Positions 1-11,833 of a stretch of DNA of 62,622 nt are shown piece after piece; the first letter of the stretch is position 1, and each line of letters begins with the position of its first letter. The DNA lies in NCBI GenBank assembly GCA_032718475.1, contig JAUCBJ010005048.1:1-62622 (forward strand), written 5' to 3'. Source of the DNA: Nemertoderma westbladi. Taxonomy: Eukaryota > Animalia > Xenacoelomorpha. The translations under genes and the position numbers were made by a program. Under the pieces are notes generated by a model that saw only the letters and a program-made list of their open reading frames with translations, ran no database searches and was not told where the DNA came from.

Positions 1-2763
1 GGGTAACTGTTAAAGGGGTGAGTGTTTATTGTTACTCTGTTAGTGTTAAAGTGGTGAGTGTTTATTGTTACTCTGTTAGTGTTAAAGGGGTGAGTGTTTA
101 TTGTTACTCTGTTAGTGTTAAAGGGGTGAGTGTTTATTGTTACTCTGTTAGTGTTAAAGGGGTGAGTGTTTATTGTTACTCTGTTAGTGTTAAAGGGGTG
201 AGTGTTTATTGTTACTCTGTTAGTGTTAAAGGGGTAAGTGTTTATTGTTACTCTGTTAGTGTTAAAGGGGTGAGTGTTTATTGTTACTCTGTTAGTGTTA
301 AAGGGGTGAGTGTTTATTGTTACTCTGTTAGTGTTAAAGGGGTAAGTGTTTATTGTTACTCTGTTAGTGTTAAAGGGGTGAGTGTTTATTGTTACTCTGT
401 TAGTGTTAAAGGGGTAAGTGTTTATTGTTAATCTGTTAGTGTTAAAGGGGTGAGTGTTTATTGTTACTCTGTTAGTGTTAAAGGGGTGAGTGTTTATTGT
501 TACTATGTTAGTGTTAAAGGGGTGAGTGTTTATTGTTACTCTGTTAGTGTTACTTAAAGGGGTGAGTGTTTATTGTTACTCTGTTAGTGTTACTTAAAGG
601 GGTGAGTGTTTATTGTTACTCTGTTAGTGTTACTTAAAGAGGTGAGTGTTTATTGTTACTCTGTTAGTGTTACTTAAAGGGGTGAGTATTTATTGTTACT
701 CTGTTAGTGTTACTTAAAGGGGTGAGTGTTTATTGTTACTCTGTTAGTGTTAAAGGGGTGAGTGTTTATTGTTACTCTGTTAGTGTTACTTAAAGGGGTG
801 AGTGTTTATTGTTACTCTGTTAGTGTTAAAGGGGTGAGTGTTTATTGTTACTCTGTTAAGTGTTAAAGGGGTGAGTGTTTATTGTTACTCTGTTAGTGTT
901 AAAGGGGTGAGTGTTTATTGTTACTCTGTTAGTGTTACTTAAAGGGGTGAGTGTTTATTGTTACTCTGTTAGTGTTAAAGGGGTGAGTGTTTATTGTTAC
1001 TCTGTTAAGTGTTTAAAGGGGTGAGTGTTTATTGTTACTCTGTTAGTGTTAAAGGGGTGAGTGTTTATTGTTACTCTGTTAGTGTTACTTAAAGGGGTGA
1101 GTGTTTATTGTTACTCTGTTAGTGTTAAAGGGGTGAGTGTTTATTGTTACTCTGTTAGTGTTAAAGGGGTGAGTGTTTATTGTTACTCTGTTAGTGTTAA
1201 AGGGGTGAGTGTTTATTGTTACTCTGTTAGTGTTAAAGGGGTGAGTGTTTATTGTTACTCTGTTAGTGTTAAAGGGGTGAGTGTTTATTGTTACTCTGTT
1301 AGTGTTAAAGGGGTGAGTGTTTATTGTTACTCTGTTAGTGTTAAAGGGGTGAGTGTTTATTGTTACTCTGTTAGTGTTAAAGGGGTGAGTGTTTATTGTT
1401 ACTCTGTTAGTGTTAAAGGGGTAAGTGTTTATTGTTAATCTGTTAGTGTTAAAGGGGTGAGTGTTTATTGTTACTCTGTTAGTGTTAAAGGGGTGAGTGT
1501 TTATTGTTACTATGTTAGTGTTAAAGGGGTGAGTGTTTATTGTTACTCTGTTAGTGTTACTTAAAGGGGTGAGTGTTTATTGTTACTCTGTTAGTGTTAC
1601 TTAAAGGGGTGAGTGTTTATTGTTACTCTGTTAGTGTTACTTAAAGAGGTGAGTGTTTATTGTTACTCTGTTAGTGTTACTTAAAGGGGTGAGTATTTAT
1701 TGTTACTCTGTTAGTGTTACTTAAAGGGGTGAGTGTTTATTGTTACTCTGTTAGTGTTAAAGGGGTGAGTGTTTATTGTTACTCTGTTAGTGTTACTTAA
1801 AGGGGTGAGTGTTTATTGTTACTCTGTTAGTGTTAAAGGGGTGAGTGTTTATTGTTACTCTGTTAAGTGTTAAAGGGGTGAGTGTTTATTGTTACTCTGT
1901 TAGTGTTAAAGGGGTGAGTGTTTATTGTTACTCTGTTTGTGTGACTTAAAGGGGTGAGTGTTTATTGTTACTCTGTTAGTGTGACTTAAAGGGGTGAGTA
2001 TTTATTGTTACTCTGTTAGTGTTAAAGGGGTGAGTGTTTATTGTTACTCTGTTAGTGTTAAAGGGGTGAGTGTTTATTGTTACTCTGTTAGTGTTAAAGG
2101 GGTGAGTGTTTATTGTTACTCTGTTAGTGTTAAAGGGGTGAGTGTTTATTGTTACTCTGTTAGTATTAAAGGGGTGAGTGTTTATTGTTACTCTGTTAGT
2201 GTTACTTAAAGGGGTGAGTGTTTATTGTTACTCTGTTAGTGTTAAAGGGGTGAGTGTTTATTGTTACTCTGTTAGTGTTAAAGGGGTGAGTGTTTATTGT
2301 TACTCTGTTAAGTGTTAAAGGGGTGAGTGTTTATTGTTACTCTGTTAGTGTTACTTAGAGGGGTGAGTGTTTATTGTTACTCTGTTAGTGTTAAAGGGGT
2401 GAGTGTTTATTGTTACTCTGTTAGTGTTAAAGGGGTGAGTGTTTATTGTTACTCTGTTAGTGTTAAAGGGGTGAGTGTTTATTGTTACTCTGTTAGTGTT
2501 AAAGTGGTGAGTGTTTATTGTTACTCTGTTAGTGTTACTTAAAGGGGTGAGTGTTTATTGTTACTCTGTTAGTGTTAAAGGGGTGAGTGTTTATTGTTAC
2601 TCTGTTAGTGTTGAAGGGGTGAATGTTTATTGTTACTCTGTTAGTGTTAAAGGGGTGAGTGTTTATTGTTACTCTGTTAGTGTTACTTAAAGTGGTGAGT
2701 GTTTATTGTTAGTCTGTTAGTGTTAAAGGGACGAGTGTTTATTGTTACTCTGTTATTGTTAAA
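1..2763. repeat. 36-bp tandem satellite (aaaggggtgagtgtttattgttactctgttagtgtt) with 40-bp (+actt) variants
   Basis: Near-identical tandem units throughout; the ORFs here only repeat KGVSVYCYSVSV (12 aa = 36 bp). The array runs off the window start. Confidence 0.97.
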
Positions 2764-2784
2764 GTAAAATCAACACCCCGTATA

Positions 2785-5421
2785 CTCGTGTGACTTACTT
2801 TATCTACTTGTGATTCACTTTGAACTACTTGTGACTCACTTAGAAACACGTGTGACCTACTTTGAACTACTTGTGACTTAACTATGAACTACGTATGACT
2901 TACTTTGTACTACTTGTGACTCACTTTGTACTACTTGTGACTCACTTTGTACTACTTATGACTCACTTTGGGCTACTTGTGACTCACTTTGAACCACGTT
3001 TGACTCACTTTGTATTGTACTACTTGAGACTTAACTATGAACTACTTATTACTTACTTTGTACTACTTATGACTCACTTTGCGCTACTTGTGACTCACTT
3101 TGAACCACGTGTGACTCATTTTGTATTGTATTACTTGTGACTTAACTATGAACTATTGTGACTTACTTTGTACGACTTGTAACTCACTTTGTACTACTTA
3201 TGACTCACTTTGCGCTACTTGTGACTCACTTAGAACCACGTGTGACTCACTTTGTATTGTACTACTTGTGACTTAGCTATGAACTACTTATGACCTACTG
3301 TGTACTACTTGTGACTCACTTTGTACTACTTGTGACTCACTTTGCGCTACTTGTGACTCACTTTGAACCACGTGTGACTCATTTTGTATTGTATTACTTG
3401 TGACTTAACTATGAACTATTGTGACTTACTTTGTACGACTTGTAACTCACTTTGTACTACTTATGACTCACTTTGCGCTACTTGTGACTCACTTAGAACC
3501 ACGTGTGACTCACTTTGTATTGTACTACTTGTGACTTAGCTATGAACTACTTATGACCTACTGTGTACTACTTGTGACTCACTTTGTACTACTTGTGACT
3601 CACTTTGTACTACTTATGACTCACTTTGCGCTACTTGTGACTAACTTAGAACCACGTGTGACTCACTTTGAACTACTTGTGACTTAACTATGAACTACTT
3701 ATGACTTAACTATGAACTACTTGTGACTTACTTTGTACTACTTGTGACTCACTTAGAACCACGTGTGACTCACTTTGTACTACTTGTGACTTAACTATGA
3801 ACTACTTATGACTCATATTACGCTACTTGTGACTCACTTAGAACTACGTGTGACTCACTTTGTACTACTTGTGACTTAACTATGAACTACTTATGACTCA
3901 CTTTGAACTACTTGTGACTTAACTATGAACTTCTTATGACCTACTGTGTACTACTTATGACTTACTTTGTACTACTTATGACTTATATTGTACTACTTGT
4001 GACTCACTTTGTACTACTTGTGACTCACTTTGTACTACTTATGACTCACGTTGCGCTACTTGTGACTCACTTAGAACCACGTGTGACTCACTTTGAACTA
4101 CTTGTGGCTTAACTATGAACTTCTTATGACCTACTGTGTACTACTTGTGACTCACTTTGTACTACTTGTGACTCACTTTGTACTACTTATGACTCACTTT
4201 GCGCTACTTGTGACTCACTTTGAACTACTTGTGACTTAACTATGAACTTCTTATGACCTACTGTGTACTACTTGTGACTCACTTTGTACTACTTGTGACT
4301 CACTTTGTACTACTTATGACTCACTTTGCGCTACTTGTGACTCACTTTGAACTACTTGTGACTTAACTATGAACTTCTTATGACCTACTGTGTACTACTT
4401 GTGACTCACTTTGTACTACTTGTGACTCACTTTGTACTACTTATGACTCACATTGCGCTACTTGCGACTCACTTTGTACTACTTGTGACTCACTTTGTAC
4501 TACTTATGACTCACTTTGCGCTACTTGTGACTCACTTAGAACCTCGTGTGACTCACTTTGAACTACTTGTGACTTAACTATGAACTTCTTATGACCTACT
4601 GTGTACTACTTGTGACTCACTTTGTACTACTTGTGACTCACTTTGTACTACTTGTGACTCATTTTGCGCTACTTGTGACTCACTTAGAACCACGTGGGAC
4701 TCACTTTGAACTACTTGTGACTTAACTATGAACTTCTTATGACCTACTGTGTACTACTTGTGACTCACTTTGTACTACTTGTGACTCACTTTGTACTACT
4801 TATGACTCACTTTGCGCTACTTGTGACTCACTTTGAACTACTTGTGACTTAACTATGAACTTCTTATGACCTACTGTGTACTACTTGTGACTCACTTTGT
4901 ACTACTTGTGACTCACTTTGTACTACTTATGACTCACTTTGCGCTACTTGCGACTCACTTTGTACTACTTGTGACTCACTTTGTACTACTTATGACTCAC
5001 TTTGCGCTACTTGTGACTCACTTTGAACTACTTGTGACTTAACTATGAACTTCTTATGACCTACTGTGTACTACTTGTGACTCACTTTGTACTACTTGTG
5101 ACTCACTTTGTACTACTTATGACTCACTTTGCGCTACTTGTGACTCACTTAGAACCACGTGTGACTCACTTTGAACTACTTGTGACTTAACTATGAACTT
5201 CTTATGACCTACTGTGTACTACTTGTGACTCACTTTGTACTACTTGTGACTCACTTTGTACTACTTGTGACTCACTTTGTACTACTTTTGACTCACTTAG
5301 CGCTACTTGTGACTCACTTAGAACCACGTGTGACTCACTTTGAACTACTTGTGACTTAACTATGAACTTCTTATGACCTACTGTGTACTACTTGTGACTC
5401 ATTTTGTACTACTTATGACTC
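2785..5421. repeat. 21-bp minisatellite (tactacttgtgactcactttg and variants)
   Basis: Tandem 21-bp units with recurrent variants (gaaccacgtgtgactc, gacttaactatgaac). The array resumes after the LINE at 7082-7175, and that tail is copied at 16590-16683. Confidence 0.95.
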
Positions 5422-7081
5422 TACTACTAGGATCGGCATGCTGCATTGCAGCTGCATTTTTAAAAATGCTGTGCCGGCTTGTCAACAAAATTGCACCGCC
5501 ACAACTCCCTATCACCCATGACACTTGCTAGATCATCCGCATCTTTAAGGCCAGTGTCCTTTAAGATGCGTCTCAAGAAAGTCATGGGCTGTCCATGTGC
5601 TTATTCACTCCATGAGGCTGCCAAAGTACAAGATTATGCACTGGCTGGTCCTCACGGCGAAAGCAATGTCCTGCAAAGCGGAGGCGATTTTGTTCTAGTG
5701 TCAAGCTTGGGGGAACCAATGAGACACCTCCAATGTTATATAGTGTCTGGTTGGAGATGTGTGCATTGTACTTGACACAATGAACCCGGCGTAGCATTCT
5801 TGTGAATGTGCCATCCAGAGATTTGGTGTCCTCGGCAGTTAGAGCCCAGCATGGACTCCCGTAGAGGAGTACTGGAACTACTGCTGCTCTAAATAATCGG
5901 ACCTTAAGTTTCCGATTAATTCTCGGTGACTTCCAAATCCTGGAAAGCCTATTCAAGGCTGCCCATGCCTTTCCCTTACGTATTCGAAGGTCCTCACCTG
6001 ACTTCCGGATCCATGATCCCAGGTAACAGAAGTCGTCCACATGCTCAAGCATACCATCCTTTGAGCTTATGCTCATCCGATCAGAGACTTGCTGAGGACT
6101 TTCAAAGTTAACTGTCAGAATTTTGGTCTTTCTGGAGTTAATAAAAAGACCAACACTAGAAGCAGCATGTTCTAATGAGCTGAGGAGCCGTTGGGCTCCC
6201 TCTAATGATTCTGAGAGTACTCCTAAGTCATCAGCAAAGTCTAGATCAGTTAGGTACTTGGCAGGATTTCCTCGACTTCTGGAGCCAGTAGGTGGAGTTA
6301 TCATCACCCCATCATCATTATAATGATCTAAGGACATGCGTAGAACATAGTCAACCACAATAATGAATAAGAATGGTGCAAGTGTGTCTCCTTGGAGGAC
6401 GCCCCATAACACTTCAAATGGTTCTGTGTCTACTGTCACAATAATGAATAAGAATGGTGCAAGTGTGTTTCCTTGGAGGACGCCCCATAACACTTCAAAT
6501 GGTTCTGTGTCACCGTCAACAGTAGACACAAATGTTGTCGAACCATCATATACTGATCTGATTGCTGCAATAATTTCATCAGGAATCCCATATAATGAAA
6601 GTATGCTGAACATACGTGAGCGAGAGACTGAATCAAAGGCCTTGAAGAAGTCAACAAAGATAACAGCCAGATGCCTGTCTTTCTTTTTTGATAACTCTTC
6701 AATTATCCTTCTAAGTGCCAAAATGGGCTCCATGGTCCCACGACCTTTACGGAACCCATTCTGATTTCCACGGAGCAGTCTCTCAATGGGATCCCTGATG
6801 CGATTTAATAGAATCCTATTGTATAGCTTTGCAGCAATCGAGATCAATGAGATTCCCCGAAAAGAACCATAGAGTGTTAGGTTGCCCTTCTTGGGAACTG
6901 GCACCAACTTATTTGTTTTCATTTCTTGTGGGACTCTTGTTGTTCGGTACATGTCTACTATGATGGGATAGATGAGCTTTAAACACTCAGGTATTTTAAA
7001 TACCTCAGGGGGAACACCATCTACTTCTGCAAAGGAGATATCGCCAATGGGAATATCTGGGAGTACAGACTCAGACACTTT
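5422..7081 (-). mobile_element. 5'-truncated RTE-group (RTE/RTEX-like) non-LTR retrotransposon, RT region
   Basis: ORF 5582-7078 has the RT motifs NQNGFRKGR, FVDFFKAFDSV, GVLQGDTLAPFLF and DLDFADDL. There is a short (TAG)n-like 3' tail at about 5422-5430 and a frameshift near 5600. tacttatgactc flanks both ends (5410-5421, 7082-7093) as a candidate TSD, though the target is a minisatellite. Confidence 0.9.
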
Positions 7082-7254
7082 TACTTATGACTCACTTTGC
7101 ACCACTTGTGACTCACTTTGAACCACGTGTGACTCATTTTGGATTGTACTACTTGTGACTTAACTATGACCTACTTAATGACTTAATGAATCTACTTGAA
7201 AAGATTTGAAGATAATATATAGGTTAACTTACCATTTACCATAATTTAACTAAC

Positions 7255-7382
7255 CTCAAGGTATTCACGTTCCTGAACTCCGGGCTTATTTTCTCTGGTT
7301 TGCTACAAGTATAGTGAAATATTGCAGCATAGGTTAAAGCCGGTAGGTTTCTCCTGTCCGCTTTTTCGAAACCGGCCTCCAT
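7255..7382 (-). pseudogene. first coding exon of a SWIM/YqaJ-exonuclease-type transposon accessory protein (ISL2EU/Kolobok-like); copied at 16763-16890
   Basis: Translates MEAGFEKADRRNLPALTYAAIFHYTCSKPEKISPEFRNVNTL and ends at an AG|GTTAGT donor. GF.KA...NLP and EFRNV.T resemble, from memory, the N-terminus of transposon-associated SWIM-YqaJ proteins. Confidence 0.5.
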
Positions 7383-7584
7383 TACACCTTGATGGTAACT
7401 GTATAATAACTTTTACTTGTACCGCTGTAGCCACTATTGAAAAAAAAATGCTCCTTAAAATTCTAGAATTTTTACCAGCTAGCTAAATAACTAGACAAAA
7501 AAACTAAATAATTTCCATCTAGTGCTAATCTACCGATCCCGCATTGTTCGCTGTAAAACCGATTAAAAAATCGATTAATGAAAC

Positions 7585-8756
7585 TGTTCGCGCTTTCAGA
7601 CCTTTAGCAGTTTAACCTGCCAAATTTAGATGTCTTCTAGATTATAAATCGACTTTAGCATATGACGAGTATTTGATACACTACATTAGCCGAAGCCAGT
7701 CTATGCGCGACCATTCACCCGCTGGATATACCCGGGAGACTGGATTCGGAAGCTTTGACCTTATTGCGGTGTAGGCCTACTGTATTATTCGACTGATTGT
7801 TAATATATAATCTCTGACCAATATTATTCACTTTCGGGAAATATTAACAGTTCCTTTAGGACGTGGCGCTCTAAATATGTAAACAGAGTTATGACTTACA
7901 CTAGACACAACGGGATGGCTATGGATTCACGTATAAAGCGCATTCTTTAGGAGATGCTTCGTTATCAGTCACAATCATGCACACTACCGCACAATGCTGC
8001 ACACCGATCTGCCGACCTTCACTAATTTTAGTCACATATAAAGAGAACAACCACTGACTCATGTAGTGCCTATGAAATAGCATTAGATTCACTCCAAAAC
8101 CAATATAATGTAAGTCGCAATTGTTATATGTAACCGGTCTCTCTAACCTTCAGTATATCAAGAAGATTGGGGTTTCTGATTATTTAGCGATATTATCCAA
8201 TATAATAATATTCCATCAACTGATATAATTAATAACCGACAGTAAATAGCAGTAAAAATGCGGTGTTTTGGTTTGATATTGATTAGTTTGTATTGGTTGT
8301 TTGTTTGTGTGATAACGGTTATACGTTCTATGATCAAGCCTACTAATGTTTTGCTAAAGCCTGAAAAACACAGAGATTCCAAAGCCGGTCTTCTGGCATC
8401 AGGAAAAAATGTCAACATAAACAGTAATGCATTGCGCGATTTCCCGGAGGTTTCTGTACAAATAACAGGAGAATCGCTCTGATTGGTTGTCCGAACAAAG
8501 GAACAAAGAAAAAGCTACACGTGTACAGATCAGCTGTTAGCCGTCGTCATAGTAACTACACTGTGTCAAGAGGATTTTAGCGTATTGCGACATAAAATTG
8601 CTAGTTATGTCCGCTAAAGTACACATACAGAAGAAATGGCTTTTTATGTTCACTAAAACACCAGTACAGTAAGGAAACGGCTTTTTATGTCCGTTAAACC
8701 AACTACAGAGTACTTTGCGGGGAAAATAACCAGCTAATTCCGCAAAAGCTGTTACA
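7585..8756 (-). repeat. 3' LTR of element A (1172 bp)
   Basis: Begins tgttcgcg and ends ttaca; essentially identical to 17093-18264. Confidence 0.93.
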
Positions 8757-8899
8757 CCGCTCCCAGAAAATGGGATTTAATTCTATAAAATATAAAAAAT
8801 CACAGTTTCTAAAATATAAAAATACTCTAAACAGTTAGTCTTTCTTACGCGGACGGCGCTTACGCAGTTTTTTGAGGCTAGCAAGAGTCCTTTTCTCTT

Positions 8900-10205
8900 T
8901 GGGGCGAGCCACTTTACTAGGAGGGCTATAACTCCCTATAACTCCTGGGTGAAGGGTGCAATACAATTGCATCAGAAGATTTAAGGTTATGGTCGATGTC
9001 TCGTCCATTTCGATATGCTTCTCCTCGAGCTGATTTTCCTCCGCTTATCGTTGGATGCGTTCGTCCAAAAACTCTTGCAGAGAATAGGATCGTCCAAGTT
9101 CGATATCTTCTTAGAGATTCTGGATTTCCTGATCGAACTGAGATAAAGCTAATTCGTTTACCGCTTGGACTTGCTGCTGCAATTTACGTTTCTCTAAACA
9201 ATTGTAAGTTCCTTTTCCGATCTTTTGACGAATAGCGTCTAACGCATTTCGTACAACTCTCTCCTCCGCCTCGGTGACAGGTTGTATCGGGTTAAACAGG
9301 GACGATGATACGGTTGAATGACGATATTAGATGTCCGCGTCCCAATCCGGCTAGGTAAGATGGGCGAATATCTAGGGAGCCCACAACCGGAGTGCCACCG
9401 ACTAATTGTTCGGGTAACCCTAGATCTTTGAACAGTGAGTACAGTTCGGGAGGATCCATGATACTATTAGGATCAAGAGCCTGAGGTCTTAACTAGGGGA
9501 TGAGGAGGTCTGACCGAGTATTCCGGAACTCTGATCATAGGTCTAATTAAGGATCGTTTGAATCGAGCGAGCGTAGGTGATACATCGAACAAGTTTCGCT
9601 CGAAACTCCCATAAATATAGCGAGTAAAACCGTGTTTAAAGCAACGTCTCTACGGATGTTTATGTCTTTCCGTTTGTTGGTTGGGTCTTGGGCATTCATC
9701 GCAATAATACCAAATACACACGTCTTGTAGGGGAAACGCGGGTGATATTTATTTGGTTTTACAATGTTTCTCTCAAGGATTCCAAATATACGTTGGAGTT
9801 ACCGCGTTTATCCGGTTCTTTAACGTCTTCTCTTTCGATTCGATTTCGAATAGAATTTTCGCATTCGATTTTCAGTTTATCGTTCCGACTCCGCTGGGTA
9901 GGATATTTAAATAGTACCATTTCCCTTTCGGTGTCGACATCGTCCATATCGTGTAAATCGATAGGATGACCAGTAGTTAAGAAGTCCATATACGTACCAT
10001 TACGATGCGTATAGCGAGCAGTGAATTTTCGATAGTCCAATTCACGCGTAAGTTGCTCCTGGGACATCGGCGGTTCGATATAACGACCATCGTCCTCCGT
10101 AGTAGTTGGACTAGCGTCGCTGCGTATCAAGCTATCAACAAACGCTTGCAACGGTAGAGTATATTTCTCCCTGATACCAAGATCATCTTCTATCAACTCA
10201 GTCAT
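8900..10205 (-). pseudogene. orphan accessory ORF (ORF3) of element A, disrupted
   Basis: ORF 9759-10205 continues through frameshifts and stops (WYYCDECP..., MDPPELYSLFKDL..., VTEAEERVVRNALDAIRQKIG...). Differences from the element B copy are biased to synonymous sites. Confidence 0.7.
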
Positions 10206-11833
10206 GGCTGCTATATGAGTTTATCAATATTATAATGAGTTTATAATTAGGCTAGCGGGCGTCGCTGCCTACCCCTCTCGGCCCCCGGACAGCGCAAGAT
10301 CCTCAGCGCTGGTGTACTTTCGCCGATGTGCCTATCGCCAACGTCGTAGCTGCACAACGACCACAACAACCAGCGCGAGTCACTCCACCGTCCGTCCCAA
10401 AGGCTCAGATTTACTTCAGGTTCTTACTGGAGAGTTAGGGCTACTTTCACAATTGCGACTCGCTACTGTAAACACACTTTAGTAGTAACATTCACCTATA
10501 AACGCACAAATTCCACACAACTGTCACAAATTGTACACATGCAGGCCATTTGTTCGTTAGTCAGTGCCTTCCAGAATGCCACGTTATTATTGGGTATCCT
10601 GGGATACTAGCAGTATGCTATTTATTCCTTATGCCATTCAATGGGGCAAGCCTTTATTGTTCTTTTAACTCACTTCTAATTCTAGCGTGGTTGTTGCCAT
10701 GGTGACATTATGGAAAGCTAGCAGTAGAATTAGGGTAATTCTCATGCATACAGATCTGGGATGCTATTTAATAGTAATTCTTTAATTGTCAATATTCCTC
10801 TTTATACATGATTTTATGAATTTTGTCGGCTATTGACTATATATTGGAGATTCTCGCACACTAATATACTTAATAGGGTGAATCTCCGCTCCCATGATCT
10901 ATTAATTAATGGAATTTTGGGAATGTTATAAATTGTATAAAAATGACAATTTTATCAAATTCATTAAAAGATGAATTTAAATTTATTCCCGTAAATTTTA
11001 TTATTTAATATTAAATAGACACAATTTTATTCCAGAACATGTCTGGGGACTGGAATCCTTGATTCTAGGAAATTGGTCTTTTTAAGAATATCGGTAAGTG
11101 CTACGATATCTTAATAGACTAGAATTTTAAAGGATCGAAAATTTGACAGATTTTGTAAATATTAATAATTAATATTTAGGATGGGCACCGGTTTATTCCA
11201 GAACTTGTCTGGGGACATTAATCACTGATTCTAGAATTTTGTCTTTCAAGTATATCGGTGGGTGCCGCGATATCTTAATCGACTAGAATTACAGATGGTC
11301 AAAGGGTTTAACAGATTTATTTGCGTTGTACGCTACTGTTAAAGGGACATCACGCTACTATATGTATTATTTAATATACGGTATGAGAGCAATATCGCAC
11401 GAAGCAATGTCAGTTGTTAATGTCGTTTCCAAGGTCTACCCAGAGCTTGGTTTAGCCGAGACACGAGGATCTCAATTTTGCATTCCTAATACTCTACTTT
11501 ACCAATAATACTTGAATATAGTAGGAGCTTTATTGTACTTTAATAAGTACGGATATTTCATCTTACTGTAGTTACGTATTTGTAATGTAATACACAGTAA
11601 GGAAAGAGAAAAATAATTATTTCTCGCCGTCGTTGTAAATATATAATATATAAGTAATTAAGTAATAAACACTAATATATATTGCACTAATCTACTAAAT
11701 AATCGCTAAAATAACATTCTACTAAATCAAATTAAAGAAAACGATTATAATAAAATTACATAATAATACATACATAAATATAAAATAATAAAAACAAATA
11801 CAAAATATAGTCACACACCCACTCCAGCCGTTG

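Noticed and set aside
18-4577. Repetitive ORFs (KGVSVYCYSVSV, LLVTHFV)
   Set aside because: Translations of 36-bp and 21-bp satellites whose unit length is divisible by 3; frames break at variant units.
8158-8482. ORFs inside the element A LTR (also 17666-17990)
   Set aside because: They recur only because the LTR is duplicated and are not maintained in the element B LTR.
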